A DNA stretch of 64,000 nt from NCBI GenBank assembly GCA_964619835.1, contig CAZUFP010000002.1, positions 48,716 through 112,715 of the forward strand, written 5' to 3'. The notes beneath the pieces are model-generated. The model made no database searches, was not told the origin of the DNA, and worked only from the letters and a program-made list of their open reading frames with translations. The translations under genes were made by a program, and so were the position numbers. This document shows, piece after piece, positions 46,963 through 56,383 of this stretch; positions within the stretch are counted from its first letter, which is position 1; each line of letters opens with the position of its first letter. Source of the stretch: an uncultured Gemmatimonadaceae bacterium (GTDB lineage: Bacteria > Gemmatimonadota > Gemmatimonadetes > Longimicrobiales > RSA9).

Positions 46963-48029
46963 CGCGGAACGAGGTCCGTGTCCGGACCCAGCTCTCGCAC
47001 GAACGCCGCGATCAAGCGCGCCGCCTGTTCCACATCGTGGAGGTCCACCATCTCCACCGGCGAATGCATGTACCGGTTCGGCACGGAGATGAGGCCCGTG
47101 GCCACACCCGCGCGCGACAGGTGGATCGCGTCGGCGTCCGTCGCCGTGTAGCGTGGCGAGGCCGCGATGGTGTGCGGGATGCCTGCCCGTTCCGCCGCAG
47201 CAACCAGCCGATCGAACACCACCGGGTGCACCGCGGAACCCCGGCTCAACACCGGTCCGCCGCCGAGCTTGTGGTCCCCCAGCTCCTTTTTCTCCATGCC
47301 CGGCGCATCCGTGGCGAACGTGACGTCCACCACCAACGCGATGTCCGGCTCCACCGTGAACGCGCTCGTGCGCGCGCCGCCGCCCTGGTACCCGATCTCC
47401 TCCTGCGACGTCGCCACCGCCGTTACCGATGCCGCCGGCCTGTCGGCGGCCAGCAGCCGCAAGGCCTCCAGGACCACGAACGCGCCGATGCGGTTGTCCA
47501 CCGCACGACTCGCGATCACGCCGTCGCCCAGGTCGACGACGTCCGCGTCGATCACCCCCGGATCGCCCACCCGCACGCCTCGCTTCTCCACGGCCGCCCG
47601 GCCTCGGGCGCCGATGTCGACCCACAGGTCCCGGATCTTCGCCGCCTTGTCCTTCTCGTCCTCGCGGAGGAGATGGATCGGCTTGCGGCCGATCACGCCG
47701 AGCACCACACCCGATTTCGTGAGAAGGCGTACCCGTTGGCCCACCAGTACCTGTGGGTCCCAGCCGCCGATGCCTTCGAAATAGAGGAAGCCATCGTCGT
47801 CCACGTGGGTCACCATGAGGCCGATCTCGTCGATGTGGCCGGCAAGCATGACGCGCGGCGAGCCGGTGGCGTTCACCGTGGCCAGCGAATTGCCGCTCAC
47901 ATCCGCCCGCACCTCGTCGGCGAACCGCTCGGCTTCTTCGCGCCATGCCGCCGCGACACCCGCCTCGAAGCCGCTCGGACCCGTCGTGTCGAGCAACCGT
48001 TTCAGGAACTTTTCCGACTTCTTGTCCAC
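46959..48029 (-). CDS. M42 family aminopeptidase (glutamyl aminopeptidase/FrvX-like)
   Basis: GHIDEIGLMV, AVDNRIG and SQEEIG motifs. GTG start at 48029 (VDKKSEKFLKRLL). The upstream part of the ORF has no homology-like sequence. Confidence 0.85.
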   Translation of the reverse strand: MDKKSEKFLKRLLDTTGPSGFEAGVAAAWREEAERFADEVRADVSGNSLATVNATGSPRVMLAGHIDEIGLMVTHVDDDGFLYFEGIGGWDPQVLVGQRVRLLTKSGVVLGVIGRKPIHLLREDEKDKAAKIRDLWVDIGARGRAAVEKRGVRVGDPGVIDADVVDLGDGVIASRAVDNRIGAFVVLEALRLLAADRPAASVTAVATSQEEIGYQGGGARTSAFTVEPDIALVVDVTFATDAPGMEKKELGDHKLGGGPVLSRGSAVHPVVFDRLVAAAERAGIPHTIAASPRYTATDADAIHLSRAGVATGLISVPNRYMHSPVEMVDLHDVEQAARLIAAFVRELGPDTDLVPR

Positions 48030-48178
48030 GAAGCCTCCCGGGACGTGATCATCGAAGCCCGGTAAGATAAGACGGAACGCCTGCCGGTTCCAGCCATCGG
48101 GCCGCTGTCCGCTTGCGCCCGGGGCGTGCGTTCTTCTACTGTGCACGCCCGTCTGTCTTCAACCCGAGCCGCACACGC

Positions 48179-48964
48179 ATGACCTGGTTCTGGCGTTCCC
48201 TCTTCGGGCCGGCCCCGGCTCTCGTGCTGGCGCTCGCCGCCGCCGCCGGCACCGCCGCTCAGACCGCAATTCCTCAATCCGCCGTCCGGTTCGAGCTGGG
48301 CGCGGCAGTGCGTGGTCAGACCGACCTGATGGCGTCACCGCTGGCCTACCGCGGTGTCGGCACGCACGTGGCCATGGCGTACGAACAGCGCAGGCATGGA
48401 CGGCAGTTCACCGTGGAAGGCAGCGTTGCCAGGGCGCGCCTCACGTCCCGCATATCCGACGGCGCGGACCATACGGAGAGCACCTTCGTGGCAAACGTGT
48501 CCGTCCGTTCGCTACACGACGTGGGCGCGGCGAAGTCCGGGCGCCTTCATTTCTATGCCGGCGGGCAGCTGGACCTTCGCGTGCCGGTCCGCTCCCATGC
48601 CTATGTGGAAGGGATGACGGAATACTACGCCGACATCTTCCTGCCCCTGCAGGCCGCGGGCGGCTGGGAAGCGGCGTTGGGCCCCGTCGTGGTGTCGGAG
48701 CGGCTGGCGCTGCCGCTGCTGGCCATCGTCGGCCGCTGTCCCTACACAGGGCTCCGGTACACGCCGGTCTTCTCCGTGGCCCCGCCGGGCCGCCTTCTGG
48801 GGTTCGACCACGCCCTTGCCGTGGAGCGGCCGGCGGGCGGCCGTATGGCGGTGCGCCTGGAGTGGCGCACCACGCTGGTGCGCTATCCGGTGCCGCGCAC
48901 GTTGTCCATGGTGTCCCACCGCGTGGGGTTGTCGGTGGCGCTGAGCGGGCGGGGGTTCCCGTGA
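48179..48964 (+). CDS. Hypothetical secreted protein, possibly an outer-membrane beta-barrel
   Basis: Signal peptide (ALVLALAAAAGTAAQ). Alternating hydrophobic pattern through the whole length. No recognised domain. Confidence 0.55.
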   Translation: MTWFWRSLFGPAPALVLALAAAAGTAAQTAIPQSAVRFELGAAVRGQTDLMASPLAYRGVGTHVAMAYEQRRHGRQFTVEGSVARARLTSRISDGADHTESTFVANVSVRSLHDVGAAKSGRLHFYAGGQLDLRVPVRSHAYVEGMTEYYADIFLPLQAAGGWEAALGPVVVSERLALPLLAIVGRCPYTGLRYTPVFSVAPPGRLLGFDHALAVERPAGGRMAVRLEWRTTLVRYPVPRTLSMVSHRVGLSVALSGRGFP

Positions 48965-50085
48965 GCCGGCCGCGGCGGTGGGTGTTGCCGGCGTTGGTGG
49001 CGTTGTCGACGCTCCTCACGGCTTGCATGGACCTCTTCATGCCGTCGCAGCCGGCGGAGGACCCGGTGACCGTGTTCGATGCCTTCTGGCACGAATTCGA
49101 CGCGCATTACGCCTTCTTCGGCCTGAGGGGCATCGACTGGGATTCGGTCTACGCCGAGTATCGCCCGCAGATCACATCGGACATGGGAGAGTCGGCCCTG
49201 GCGCACACGCTGGGTACCATCACCAGGAACCTGAAGGACGGGCACGCGGACCTGGTCACGCCGTACGGCGTTTTCGGCTACCATGGCTGGTACGCCGACT
49301 TTCCGGAGAATTTCAACGCCGCCCGGGTGTTCGAACGGTACGTGCATTCCGGCCCGCCCTCCGAAGCGCCCGTCGGGACATTGCAGGCCGAAGGCCTCCG
49401 TTACGGGTGGGTGAGCGACCGGATCGGCTACATCTACATCGGCACGTTCTCCGATGACGGGGTCCGCCGCGGCATCGACAAGGCGCTGGCCGACCTCATG
49501 AGCCGCGGAATGGACGGGATCGTCGTGGACATACGCGGCAACGGCGGCGGCAACGAACGGAACGCGGACGCGGTGGCCGGGCGCCTCATGGATCGGCGAC
49601 GCCTGTACCGGCACTACAAGTACCGGAACGGCCCGCGCCACGACGATTTCACGGCGCCTTTCGACGGCTACATCGAGCCGGCGGGCGACCGCCGGTTCCT
49701 GGGGCCCGTGGCCTTGCTGACCAATCGCGGGGTGTTCAGCGCCGCCGAGACGTTCGTGCTGGCCATGCACGTGCGTCCCAACACCGTCGTGGTGGGGGAC
49801 ACGACGGGGGGCGGATCGGGCAACCCGCTCTGGCGGGAGCTGCCCAACGGCTGGACGTTCCGGGTGCCTCGCTGGATCGAGTGGGGTGTCCGCGACAGCG
49901 TCTACGAAGGCGTCGGCCTGGGACCGGACACGCTGGTCCAGTTCACGGCCACCAGCGACGTGCTGGACACGGACCCCATTCTGGGCACGGCCGTGGACCT
50001 GCTTCGCCACTTCACGTTCCCGCAGGGAATTGGCGACCGGGCCGGAGACGGGCCAACCCTGAACCGCCGGGACGGCCGGGCGTAG
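48961..50085 (+). CDS. S41 family peptidase (tail-specific protease-like) lipoprotein
   Basis: GTGA-coupled GTG start at 48961, lipobox LLTAC, and DIRGNGGGN and GVFSAAE motifs. Confidence 0.8.
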   Translation: MSRPRRWVLPALVALSTLLTACMDLFMPSQPAEDPVTVFDAFWHEFDAHYAFFGLRGIDWDSVYAEYRPQITSDMGESALAHTLGTITRNLKDGHADLVTPYGVFGYHGWYADFPENFNAARVFERYVHSGPPSEAPVGTLQAEGLRYGWVSDRIGYIYIGTFSDDGVRRGIDKALADLMSRGMDGIVVDIRGNGGGNERNADAVAGRLMDRRRLYRHYKYRNGPRHDDFTAPFDGYIEPAGDRRFLGPVALLTNRGVFSAAETFVLAMHVRPNTVVVGDTTGGGSGNPLWRELPNGWTFRVPRWIEWGVRDSVYEGVGLGPDTLVQFTATSDVLDTDPILGTAVDLLRHFTFPQGIGDRAGDGPTLNRRDGRA

Positions 50086-50204
50086 CTCTAGCGATCGCTG
50101 CGACGCGGCGACTTCACGTTGCCGCTCCGTTCGCACGGGCTTTGCATCCTCTTCTCCAGAGCCGCCCGCTCGGCGGCCATCCACCAACTGACGGGAGGAC
50201 GTTC

Positions 50205-50690
50205 ATGCGCATCCCATTCCTGCAGGCGGCCGTGGGCGCCGGTCTGGCGTTCGGGCTCGTGGCGTGCGGAGGCGGGGGCAACCAGGCGGCGACACAGGGA
50301 TCCAGTGCTGCCCAGCCCGCGGCCCAACCCTCCGCGAGCCAGGCGTCGACGGGCAAGCAGATCCCACTGGTCCCGCTGAACGACTCGGGGGTGAACGGGT
50401 CCGTCACCCTCACGCCGCAAGGAGATTCCCTCGTAGTGGCGGTCAACGTGACCGGCCTGCCCGACGGGGCCGGCGCCTACCCCTCGCACATCCACGAAGG
50501 CACGTGCGCCAATCCCGGCACCGTGGTCCAACCCCTCAACAGCGTGCAGGCGGACAGCACGGGCGTCGGTCACGCGACGACCACGGTGGCCGCGTCGGTG
50601 CTCGCGCAGGGCCAGCAGCACCTGGTCATGGTCCATCGCAAGGACGGTTCGATGGCTTCCTGCGCCGAGCTTCCCGCGAGCGGAATGTGA
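50205..50690 (+). CDS. CHRD-like domain lipoprotein
   Basis: GGGAGG upstream of the ATG at 50205, and lipobox LVAC. SHIHEGTCANPGTVVQPL resembles the CHRD HIHxGxxGxxGxV motif, judged by eye only. Confidence 0.6.
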   Translation: MRIPFLQAAVGAGLAFGLVACGGGGNQAATQGSSAAQPAAQPSASQASTGKQIPLVPLNDSGVNGSVTLTPQGDSLVVAVNVTGLPDGAGAYPSHIHEGTCANPGTVVQPLNSVQADSTGVGHATTTVAASVLAQGQQHLVMVHRKDGSMASCAELPASGM

Positions 50691-50731
50691 GATGAACCGG
50701 GACCGACCGCGCAGACCGGGCCCGCGGGCCT

Positions 50732-51742
50732 TCAGAGGACCCGGGTAAGCTCGTCGGCTTCGAAACGGGGGAAAGGCAGGTCCGAATCCGTACCGGCGCG
50801 GATGCCGTAGGCTGAAGGCTCGACGCTGCCGATGCGGGTCGCGTCGATGCCTGCGCCCCGAAGCGCCTCCAGAATAGCCGGCGCGTCGGCTTCCGGCGCA
50901 GCGATCAGCAGCGCGCCCGACGCGATCAGCCCGAGGGGATCCAGGCCGAAGGCTCGCGTCAGAGCCACGGTTTCCGGAAGAACGGGAACGGCGTCCAGGT
51001 CAATGTGAGCCCCCACGCCGCTGGCCTGACACAACTCGTAGATCCCGCCCGCGATGCCGCCCTCCGTAGGGTCGTGCAGCGCGTGCACCGCGCCCGCCTG
51101 CACCGCCACGGCGGCGTCGGCCACCACGCTGATGCCGGGCGTCACCAGGAGGTCCCTGGCCCGGCGCAGCATCGCTTCGTCGACACGCCCCCCGACCCGG
51201 TGCGCGGCTTCCCGCGCCAGGATGGACGTCCCCTCGATGGCGACCCCTTTGGTGAGCAGCAGAGCGTCCCCCGGTTCGGCGCCGCCGGCGGAGATCCAGT
51301 GGTCCGTCACGCCCAGCATGGTACCGGCGACGACCGTGTGGTCGAGGCCCGGCGTGACCTCGGTGTGCCCGCCCACCAGCCCGGCACCGATCTCCCCGCA
51401 CGCCCGGTCGATCTGGTCGAACACGGCTTCCGCATCCCGCTCCCTGGCCCCCTCGGGCAGCAGGATCGTCGCCAGGAACCAGCGCGGCCGCGCCCCCATG
51501 CACGCCACGTCGTTCGCGTTCACGTGCACCGCGTACCAACCCACCTCGTCCGCCGCGAACGTCACGGGATCCGACGCCGCCACCAGGAACCGCGCGGCGA
51601 CGTCCGCGACGTCCAGGACCGCACCATCCCGGCCCAGACCCGGGCCCAGCACGGCCCCCGCCGGCGACGACGACCTCGCCAGCAGTCGCTCGATCACCTC
51701 CGCCGGCACCTTGCCCACACGCAATGACCTGTCGTGTTTCAT
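50732..51742 (-). CDS. AIR synthase-related (PurM/HypE/ThiL-fold) protein
   Basis: SDPVTF..., VNANDVACMGARP, GGHTEV and DPTEGG motifs of the PurM-like fold. ATG at 51742. Confidence 0.8.
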   Translation of the reverse strand: MKHDRSLRVGKVPAEVIERLLARSSSPAGAVLGPGLGRDGAVLDVADVAARFLVAASDPVTFAADEVGWYAVHVNANDVACMGARPRWFLATILLPEGARERDAEAVFDQIDRACGEIGAGLVGGHTEVTPGLDHTVVAGTMLGVTDHWISAGGAEPGDALLLTKGVAIEGTSILAREAAHRVGGRVDEAMLRRARDLLVTPGISVVADAAVAVQAGAVHALHDPTEGGIAGGIYELCQASGVGAHIDLDAVPVLPETVALTRAFGLDPLGLIASGALLIAAPEADAPAILEALRGAGIDATRIGSVEPSAYGIRAGTDSDLPFPRFEADELTRVL

Positions 51743-51869
51743 GCGCGGATGATAGGCTGAGCGGCGACGTCCCGACAGAACGCACCGGCGCCCGTGATGA
51801 AACGAGTCCCCCGGCCGAGGGTACTGTCGACCGTCGACCTCGAACGCAGCCGAACCGACCGCGGAACGC

Positions 51870-53102
51870 ATGCCGCTCACGAACGACAACAACGGGACCT
51901 ATTTCCGCCGCGGCCTGGGCCTCAAGCAGGAGGTCCAGCCGGTGCTCGACGCCGAGTACCACAGCGCACTGGTGGCACAGATCAAGGCCGGCGGACAGAG
52001 CCTCACCGTCGGCGACGTCACCCTCCGCCTCGCCGAGGAGTTCGGCTTCTGCTACGGCGTCGACCGCGCCGTCGACTACGCCTACCAGACCGCCATGAAG
52101 TTCCCGAACCGGCGCATCTTCCTGGTGGGTGAGATCATCCACAACCCCCACGTCAACCAGCGCATGCGGGAGATGGGCATCACATTCATCTACCCGGAGG
52201 ACGGCGGCGTCTTCGACTTCTCCGTCGTCACGCCCGACGACGTGGTGATCATGCCCGCGTTCGGCGTCACGCTTCACGACTTCCAGACCCTGCGCGACGT
52301 CGGCTGCGTCCTCATCGACACCACCTGCGGCTCCGTGCTCAACGTGTGGAAGCGGGTGGACGCGTACGCCAAGGACGGCTTCACCGCCATCATCCACGGC
52401 AAGTACAGGCACGAAGAGACCCGGGCCACCGCAAGCCAGGTCAACCGGCACGGCGGCGAGTACATCGTGGTGCGCAACATGGAGGAAGCGCGCCTCGTCA
52501 TGGATTACATCGAACAGAACGGCGACGCCCTCTCCCGTGACGCGTTCATCGAACATTTCCGCGCCAAGGCATCGCCCGGCTTCGATCCGGATCGCCATCT
52601 CGCCCGTGTCGGCGCCGCCAACCAGACCACCATGCTGGCCACCGAGTCCCTGGCCATTGCCAGCGCCATCGGGGACAGCATCGCGCGACGTTACGGCGAG
52701 GCGCACAAGGCCGAGCATTTCCGTTCCTTCGACACCATCTGCTCCGCCACGCAGGAGCGGCAGGACGCGGTCAAGAAAATGATGGAAAACCCGCCCGACG
52801 TGATGATCGTCATCGGCGGCTACAACTCGTCCAACACCAACCACCTGGCGCATCTGTGCCGGGAATACACGACGACGTTCCACATCGCCGACGCGACCTG
52901 TATCGACCCGGATGCCGGGACCATCCGCCACAAACCGGAGCTCGACCCCGACACCCCGGAAGCGTCCACGGAAGGCTGGCTGCCCGTCGGGCCCGTTTCC
53001 ATCGGATTCACCGCCGGCGCCTCCACGCCCAACAACAAAATCGGCCAGACCATCGAACGCGTGCTGGCGCTGCGCGGCCTGCCCGTGCCGGAGCTCGTGT
53101 AG
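51870..53102 (+). CDS. ispH: 4-hydroxy-3-methylbut-2-enyl diphosphate reductase IspH (long form)
   Basis: EFGFCYGVDRAV, DTTCGSVLNVW and NSSNTNHL motifs carrying the three cluster cysteine regions. 410 aa with an N-terminal extension. Confidence 0.9.
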   Translation: MPLTNDNNGTYFRRGLGLKQEVQPVLDAEYHSALVAQIKAGGQSLTVGDVTLRLAEEFGFCYGVDRAVDYAYQTAMKFPNRRIFLVGEIIHNPHVNQRMREMGITFIYPEDGGVFDFSVVTPDDVVIMPAFGVTLHDFQTLRDVGCVLIDTTCGSVLNVWKRVDAYAKDGFTAIIHGKYRHEETRATASQVNRHGGEYIVVRNMEEARLVMDYIEQNGDALSRDAFIEHFRAKASPGFDPDRHLARVGAANQTTMLATESLAIASAIGDSIARRYGEAHKAEHFRSFDTICSATQERQDAVKKMMENPPDVMIVIGGYNSSNTNHLAHLCREYTTTFHIADATCIDPDAGTIRHKPELDPDTPEASTEGWLPVGPVSIGFTAGASTPNNKIGQTIERVLALRGLPVPELV

Positions 53103-53147
53103 GCCGAAAGCCCTCCCCGCCCGGCGACGAAGGCCCTCACGCATTTA

Positions 53148-53177
53148 TTGACATCCCCATCCCACCGCGGATATCTT
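53148..53177 (+). promoter_or_regulatory. Candidate sigma70-type promoter for the 53233 gene
   Basis: Perfect TTGACA (53148-53153), an 18-nt spacer, then TATCTT (53172-53177), about 55 nt upstream of the ATG. A perfect -35 hexamer is unusual in this GC-rich context. Confidence 0.35.
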
Positions 53178-53232
53178 GTGGCGATCCCAATGTGTTGCGG
53201 CAAGGCCGCTTCCGGATTGCCGAGGCCGGTGA

Positions 53233-55878
53233 ATGGCGGACCCAAACCGCGATGAAATCGCGAGGCTGGAGTTGCTCCACCGTGCGCATCCCGACGGCCT
53301 CATCTTCCCGCATCTCGCCGAGGCCTATCGCCGCGATGGGCAGCTAGACAGGGCAGAAGATGTTCTGTTGCAAGGACTTTCGCGCCAACGCGACAACTCC
53401 AGCGCGCACGTCGTGCTGGGGCGCGTTCGCCTCGACAAGGGCGAAACGGAAGCCGCACAGACGTCGTTCCGCCGAGTCCTCCAACTCGATCCGGACAACT
53501 CCGTGGCGTTGCGCGCCCTCGGCGACCTCGCCCTGCGAACCGGCCAGTTCGGCGACGCCGTGAACCACTACCGCCACCTGCAGAGGCTCTATCCGCTCGA
53601 TGAGGAGCTGGCGGCCCGCCTGGCGGAAGCCGAGCGGCAGGCGCAGGGCGGCGGGCCATCGTCGCAGGCTCCGTCGAACGTCCCGCGCAGGACGCCCCCC
53701 GTGCGGGCGCGTGCGGTCCAACGGCTGGGCCTGGGAAGCGGAGTCGTAGGAGGAATCGGAACGCACGGTCCGACAACGAGTTCCACCCACGGCGGCCGCG
53801 AGCCCGACGAGGTCTACACGGAGACGATGGCCGAGCTGTACCAGCGGCAGGGGCTGCACGAACGGGCGGTGCGGATTTACCGCCGCCTGCTGCGCGCACA
53901 CCCCGGCGATCGACGGCTGGAGGCTCGTCTGGAGGAAGCGGAGATCTCCCGGCGGTTGGCAGCTCAGAGGGACAAAGCGGCGGAGCCGGCGCCGCGCCAG
54001 GCGGAGCCCCGGCCGCACCCGACCGCGCCGCAGACACGCCAGGCCGAGCGGCGGCCGGAGACGGCCGAAACGCGGCCGGACCAGGGCGCGGCACAACTGC
54101 GTCGAGCCGAGCCCGAAGCCCGAGCCGCCGTACCGCCCACGCCTCCATCCGGGCCGACCGCCCGCTCCTACCTGAAAGACCTGTTGGCCTGGAGGAACGG
54201 CCGGCACCAGCCCGCTGGCAACGGCGGTCAGCCGCCCGGCACCCCGGTGGCGCCGGCACCGCCGCCTGCGCCCACAGTAGCGGAGCGGGACGAGCCATGG
54301 CCCTGGGAAGAGCCGGTCGCGCCAGCGAACCCTCCGACGAAAGCGGCGGAAACGAACGCGTCCAGGGCTGCGGGCCCCCGTTGGCCATCGCCGGCCCCGC
54401 CGCTGGTTGAGCCGATTCGCTCTGTGGGGGAACCGGTTGCGGGCTCGTTCGAGCCGCTGCCCGACGCGGTGCCTGCGCTGGCCGCCCAGGCCCCGGCGCC
54501 GCGGGCGCATCCGGACGCCGAAGCCGTGCTGGCCATCACGGACCTCCTCGTCGGGCTGTTGGAGTACCGGGACCCGTTCTTCCGGGGCGGCAGCAGCCTC
54601 ACGCGCCTGCTGGCGGCGGCCGTGGGACGGGAGATGGGCCTGGCGGAGCCGAACGTGCACAACCTGGCGCTGGCGGCGGTGCTGCGGGACCTGGGCCGGC
54701 TGGCGTTGGGCGGCAAGCTCGTGACGCAGCCGCAGGCGGCGAGGACACCGGAAGCCCGTCGCCGCATTGAACGGCATGTGGACCTGGCTCTTCACCTGAT
54801 GGAAGGGATCAATCTGCCGGCCTCGGTGCGGTACGCCGTTCGGCATCACCACGAGCGTTGGGACGGACGCGGCTACCCCGACGGCCTCGCCGGGGCGGAA
54901 ATCCCGCTCTCCGCCCGCATCCTGGCCGTGGTGGACTCGTTCGCCGCCATGGTCGCGGCACGCCCCTACCGCCTGCCGCGCAAGGTGCCGGAAGCCGCCG
55001 CCGAGCTGCAGTCGGAAGCGGGAACGCGCTACGATCCGGACGTGGTGGCTGCGCTCATGCGGGTCCTGTCGCGGAGGGACCAGCCCGGCCTCGGCTTCGT
55101 CCTTCGCCACCACATCCTCATCGTCAGCCCGGACCAACCCGGCGCCACCGTCACAGCCGCGAAGCTCTGCTCGGCCGGATACCTGGCCGAGGTTGCTCCG
55201 GACATGGCCACGGCGCAGGACCGGCTGCGGCGGGTCCCCGTGGCCGCGGTCATGGTCGGTGCCGAGCTGATGAACGGCGATGCCGTCCGCTTCATCCGCG
55301 AGCTCCGCTCGGATCCCATGCTGGGGCAGCTCCCCATCGTCGTCATCGATGCGCCTCGTGTCGACGACCGTGTCGAGCTGCTGGAGAACGGCGCGGACGT
55401 CTGCTTCGCACCCGACGCCTCCTATTCCGAGCTCCACGGCACGCTCGGCGCCCTGATCCGGCGCGCGTTCCGCCAACGGTCCGGCGACGACGAAGGAGCC
55501 GGCACGGAGAACAGCGCATCCCCCTGGCTGGCCTTGCAAGGAGACATCCAGGACTTCCCCCTCACCTGGCTGCTCCAGGTCATGAAGTACGACGGCCGCA
55601 CCGCCGCCATCGGTATCCGCACTACGCAGGAGCTGGGCGTCATCTACCTGGAACAGGGCGACGCCCGACACGCCCAGATCCGCGGCGGCGTCAAGGGCGA
55701 ACCGGCGCTCCGCCAGATGCTCAGTTGGCGCAAAGGCCACTTCACCGTGGAACCCGATGCGCACCCCCCGGAGCGCACAATCACCACGTCCATCACCCAC
55801 CTCCTGCTGGACCAGGCAGTGGCGGAGGACCACGCCGCCGCAGGCCAGATCTTCGGCGCCGTCAAGGCGGACCAGTAG
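53233..55878 (+). CDS. Multidomain signalling protein: N-terminal TPR repeats, a long Pro/Ala/Arg-rich linker, an HD-GYP domain, a receiver-like domain and a C-terminal DUF4388/PATAN-like domain
   Basis: TPR-like repeats in aa 1-140. HHHERWDGRGYPDG lies at about 54841-54885. The receiver-like segment starts at HILIVSPDQPG. The C-terminus has LQGDIQDFPLTWLLQVMKYDGRTAAIGI. Confidence 0.85.
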   Translation: MADPNRDEIARLELLHRAHPDGLIFPHLAEAYRRDGQLDRAEDVLLQGLSRQRDNSSAHVVLGRVRLDKGETEAAQTSFRRVLQLDPDNSVALRALGDLALRTGQFGDAVNHYRHLQRLYPLDEELAARLAEAERQAQGGGPSSQAPSNVPRRTPPVRARAVQRLGLGSGVVGGIGTHGPTTSSTHGGREPDEVYTETMAELYQRQGLHERAVRIYRRLLRAHPGDRRLEARLEEAEISRRLAAQRDKAAEPAPRQAEPRPHPTAPQTRQAERRPETAETRPDQGAAQLRRAEPEARAAVPPTPPSGPTARSYLKDLLAWRNGRHQPAGNGGQPPGTPVAPAPPPAPTVAERDEPWPWEEPVAPANPPTKAAETNASRAAGPRWPSPAPPLVEPIRSVGEPVAGSFEPLPDAVPALAAQAPAPRAHPDAEAVLAITDLLVGLLEYRDPFFRGGSSLTRLLAAAVGREMGLAEPNVHNLALAAVLRDLGRLALGGKLVTQPQAARTPEARRRIERHVDLALHLMEGINLPASVRYAVRHHHERWDGRGYPDGLAGAEIPLSARILAVVDSFAAMVAARPYRLPRKVPEAAAELQSEAGTRYDPDVVAALMRVLSRRDQPGLGFVLRHHILIVSPDQPGATVTAAKLCSAGYLAEVAPDMATAQDRLRRVPVAAVMVGAELMNGDAVRFIRELRSDPMLGQLPIVVIDAPRVDDRVELLENGADVCFAPDASYSELHGTLGALIRRAFRQRSGDDEGAGTENSASPWLALQGDIQDFPLTWLLQVMKYDGRTAAIGIRTTQELGVIYLEQGDARHAQIRGGVKGEPALRQMLSWRKGHFTVEPDAHPPERTITTSITHLLLDQAVAEDHAAAGQIFGAVKADQ

Positions 55879-55951
55879 CCACGCCCGGGGCACCGGGCGC
55901 CCCCCTGACCTTCCTCACGAATATTCTTGCGTCTGTGGCGCCTGGGCGGGC

Positions 55952-56368
55952 TCAGCGGGACTCGTGGTCGTTTCTCCGGGCATCGAGCGAGTACGCATCC
56001 TCGTCCACGTGCCAGAGCAGGAAGAAAAGGGCGAGAGCGACGAGCAGGCTGTACGTGGCGGCGCCCGTGTCGGGCTCCATGACGGCGCCGTACGTGACCG
56101 CCACCATGACGAGGCCGGCCAGCGGCAGGACGCGGCGCGTGAACAGGCCGATGGCCAGGAGCAGCCCGACGGCGGTTTCGATGAAGGGCAGGGCGTACGC
56201 GAACGGCACAACGTAGAAGGATGGCAGCGTCCCGGCGAAGCGATCCGCCATGCCAGCGACGTGCGCGGCGAGACCCCTCGTCAGCGTGCCGAGTCCCGTG
56301 AACATGAACAGCACGCCGACCGTGACACGGAGCAGGAGGTAGGCGACCCGGCGCGAATTGCCCATCAT
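55952..56368 (-). CDS. DoxX family membrane protein
   Basis: About 138 aa with four TM helices. N-terminus AYLLLRVTVGVLFMFTGLGTL is typical of DoxX. Confidence 0.75.
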   Translation of the reverse strand: MMGNSRRVAYLLLRVTVGVLFMFTGLGTLTRGLAAHVAGMADRFAGTLPSFYVVPFAYALPFIETAVGLLLAIGLFTRRVLPLAGLVMVAVTYGAVMEPDTGAATYSLLVALALFFLLWHVDEDAYSLDARRNDHESR

Positions 56369-56383
56369 CCCTCCAGCAGGGCG

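Noticed and set aside
50101-50108. GCGATCGC (HIP1-like) palindrome in the spacer upstream of the CHRD-like lipoprotein gene (50205)
   Set aside because: This is the only copy I noticed in the window. It is not evidence of a repeat family or of cyanobacterial origin.
51000-53144. 714-aa ORF antisense to ispH and in an alternative frame of the AIR-synthase-related gene
   Set aside because: Both underlying genes have strong motif support. The long ORF is low-complexity Gly/Arg/Asp-rich.
53344-55893. 849-aa ORF antisense to the TPR/HD-GYP gene
   Set aside because: The plus-strand frame carries unmistakable TPR, HD-GYP and DUF4388-like motifs. The antisense translation is Arg/Gly/Pro-rich with no recognisable domain.
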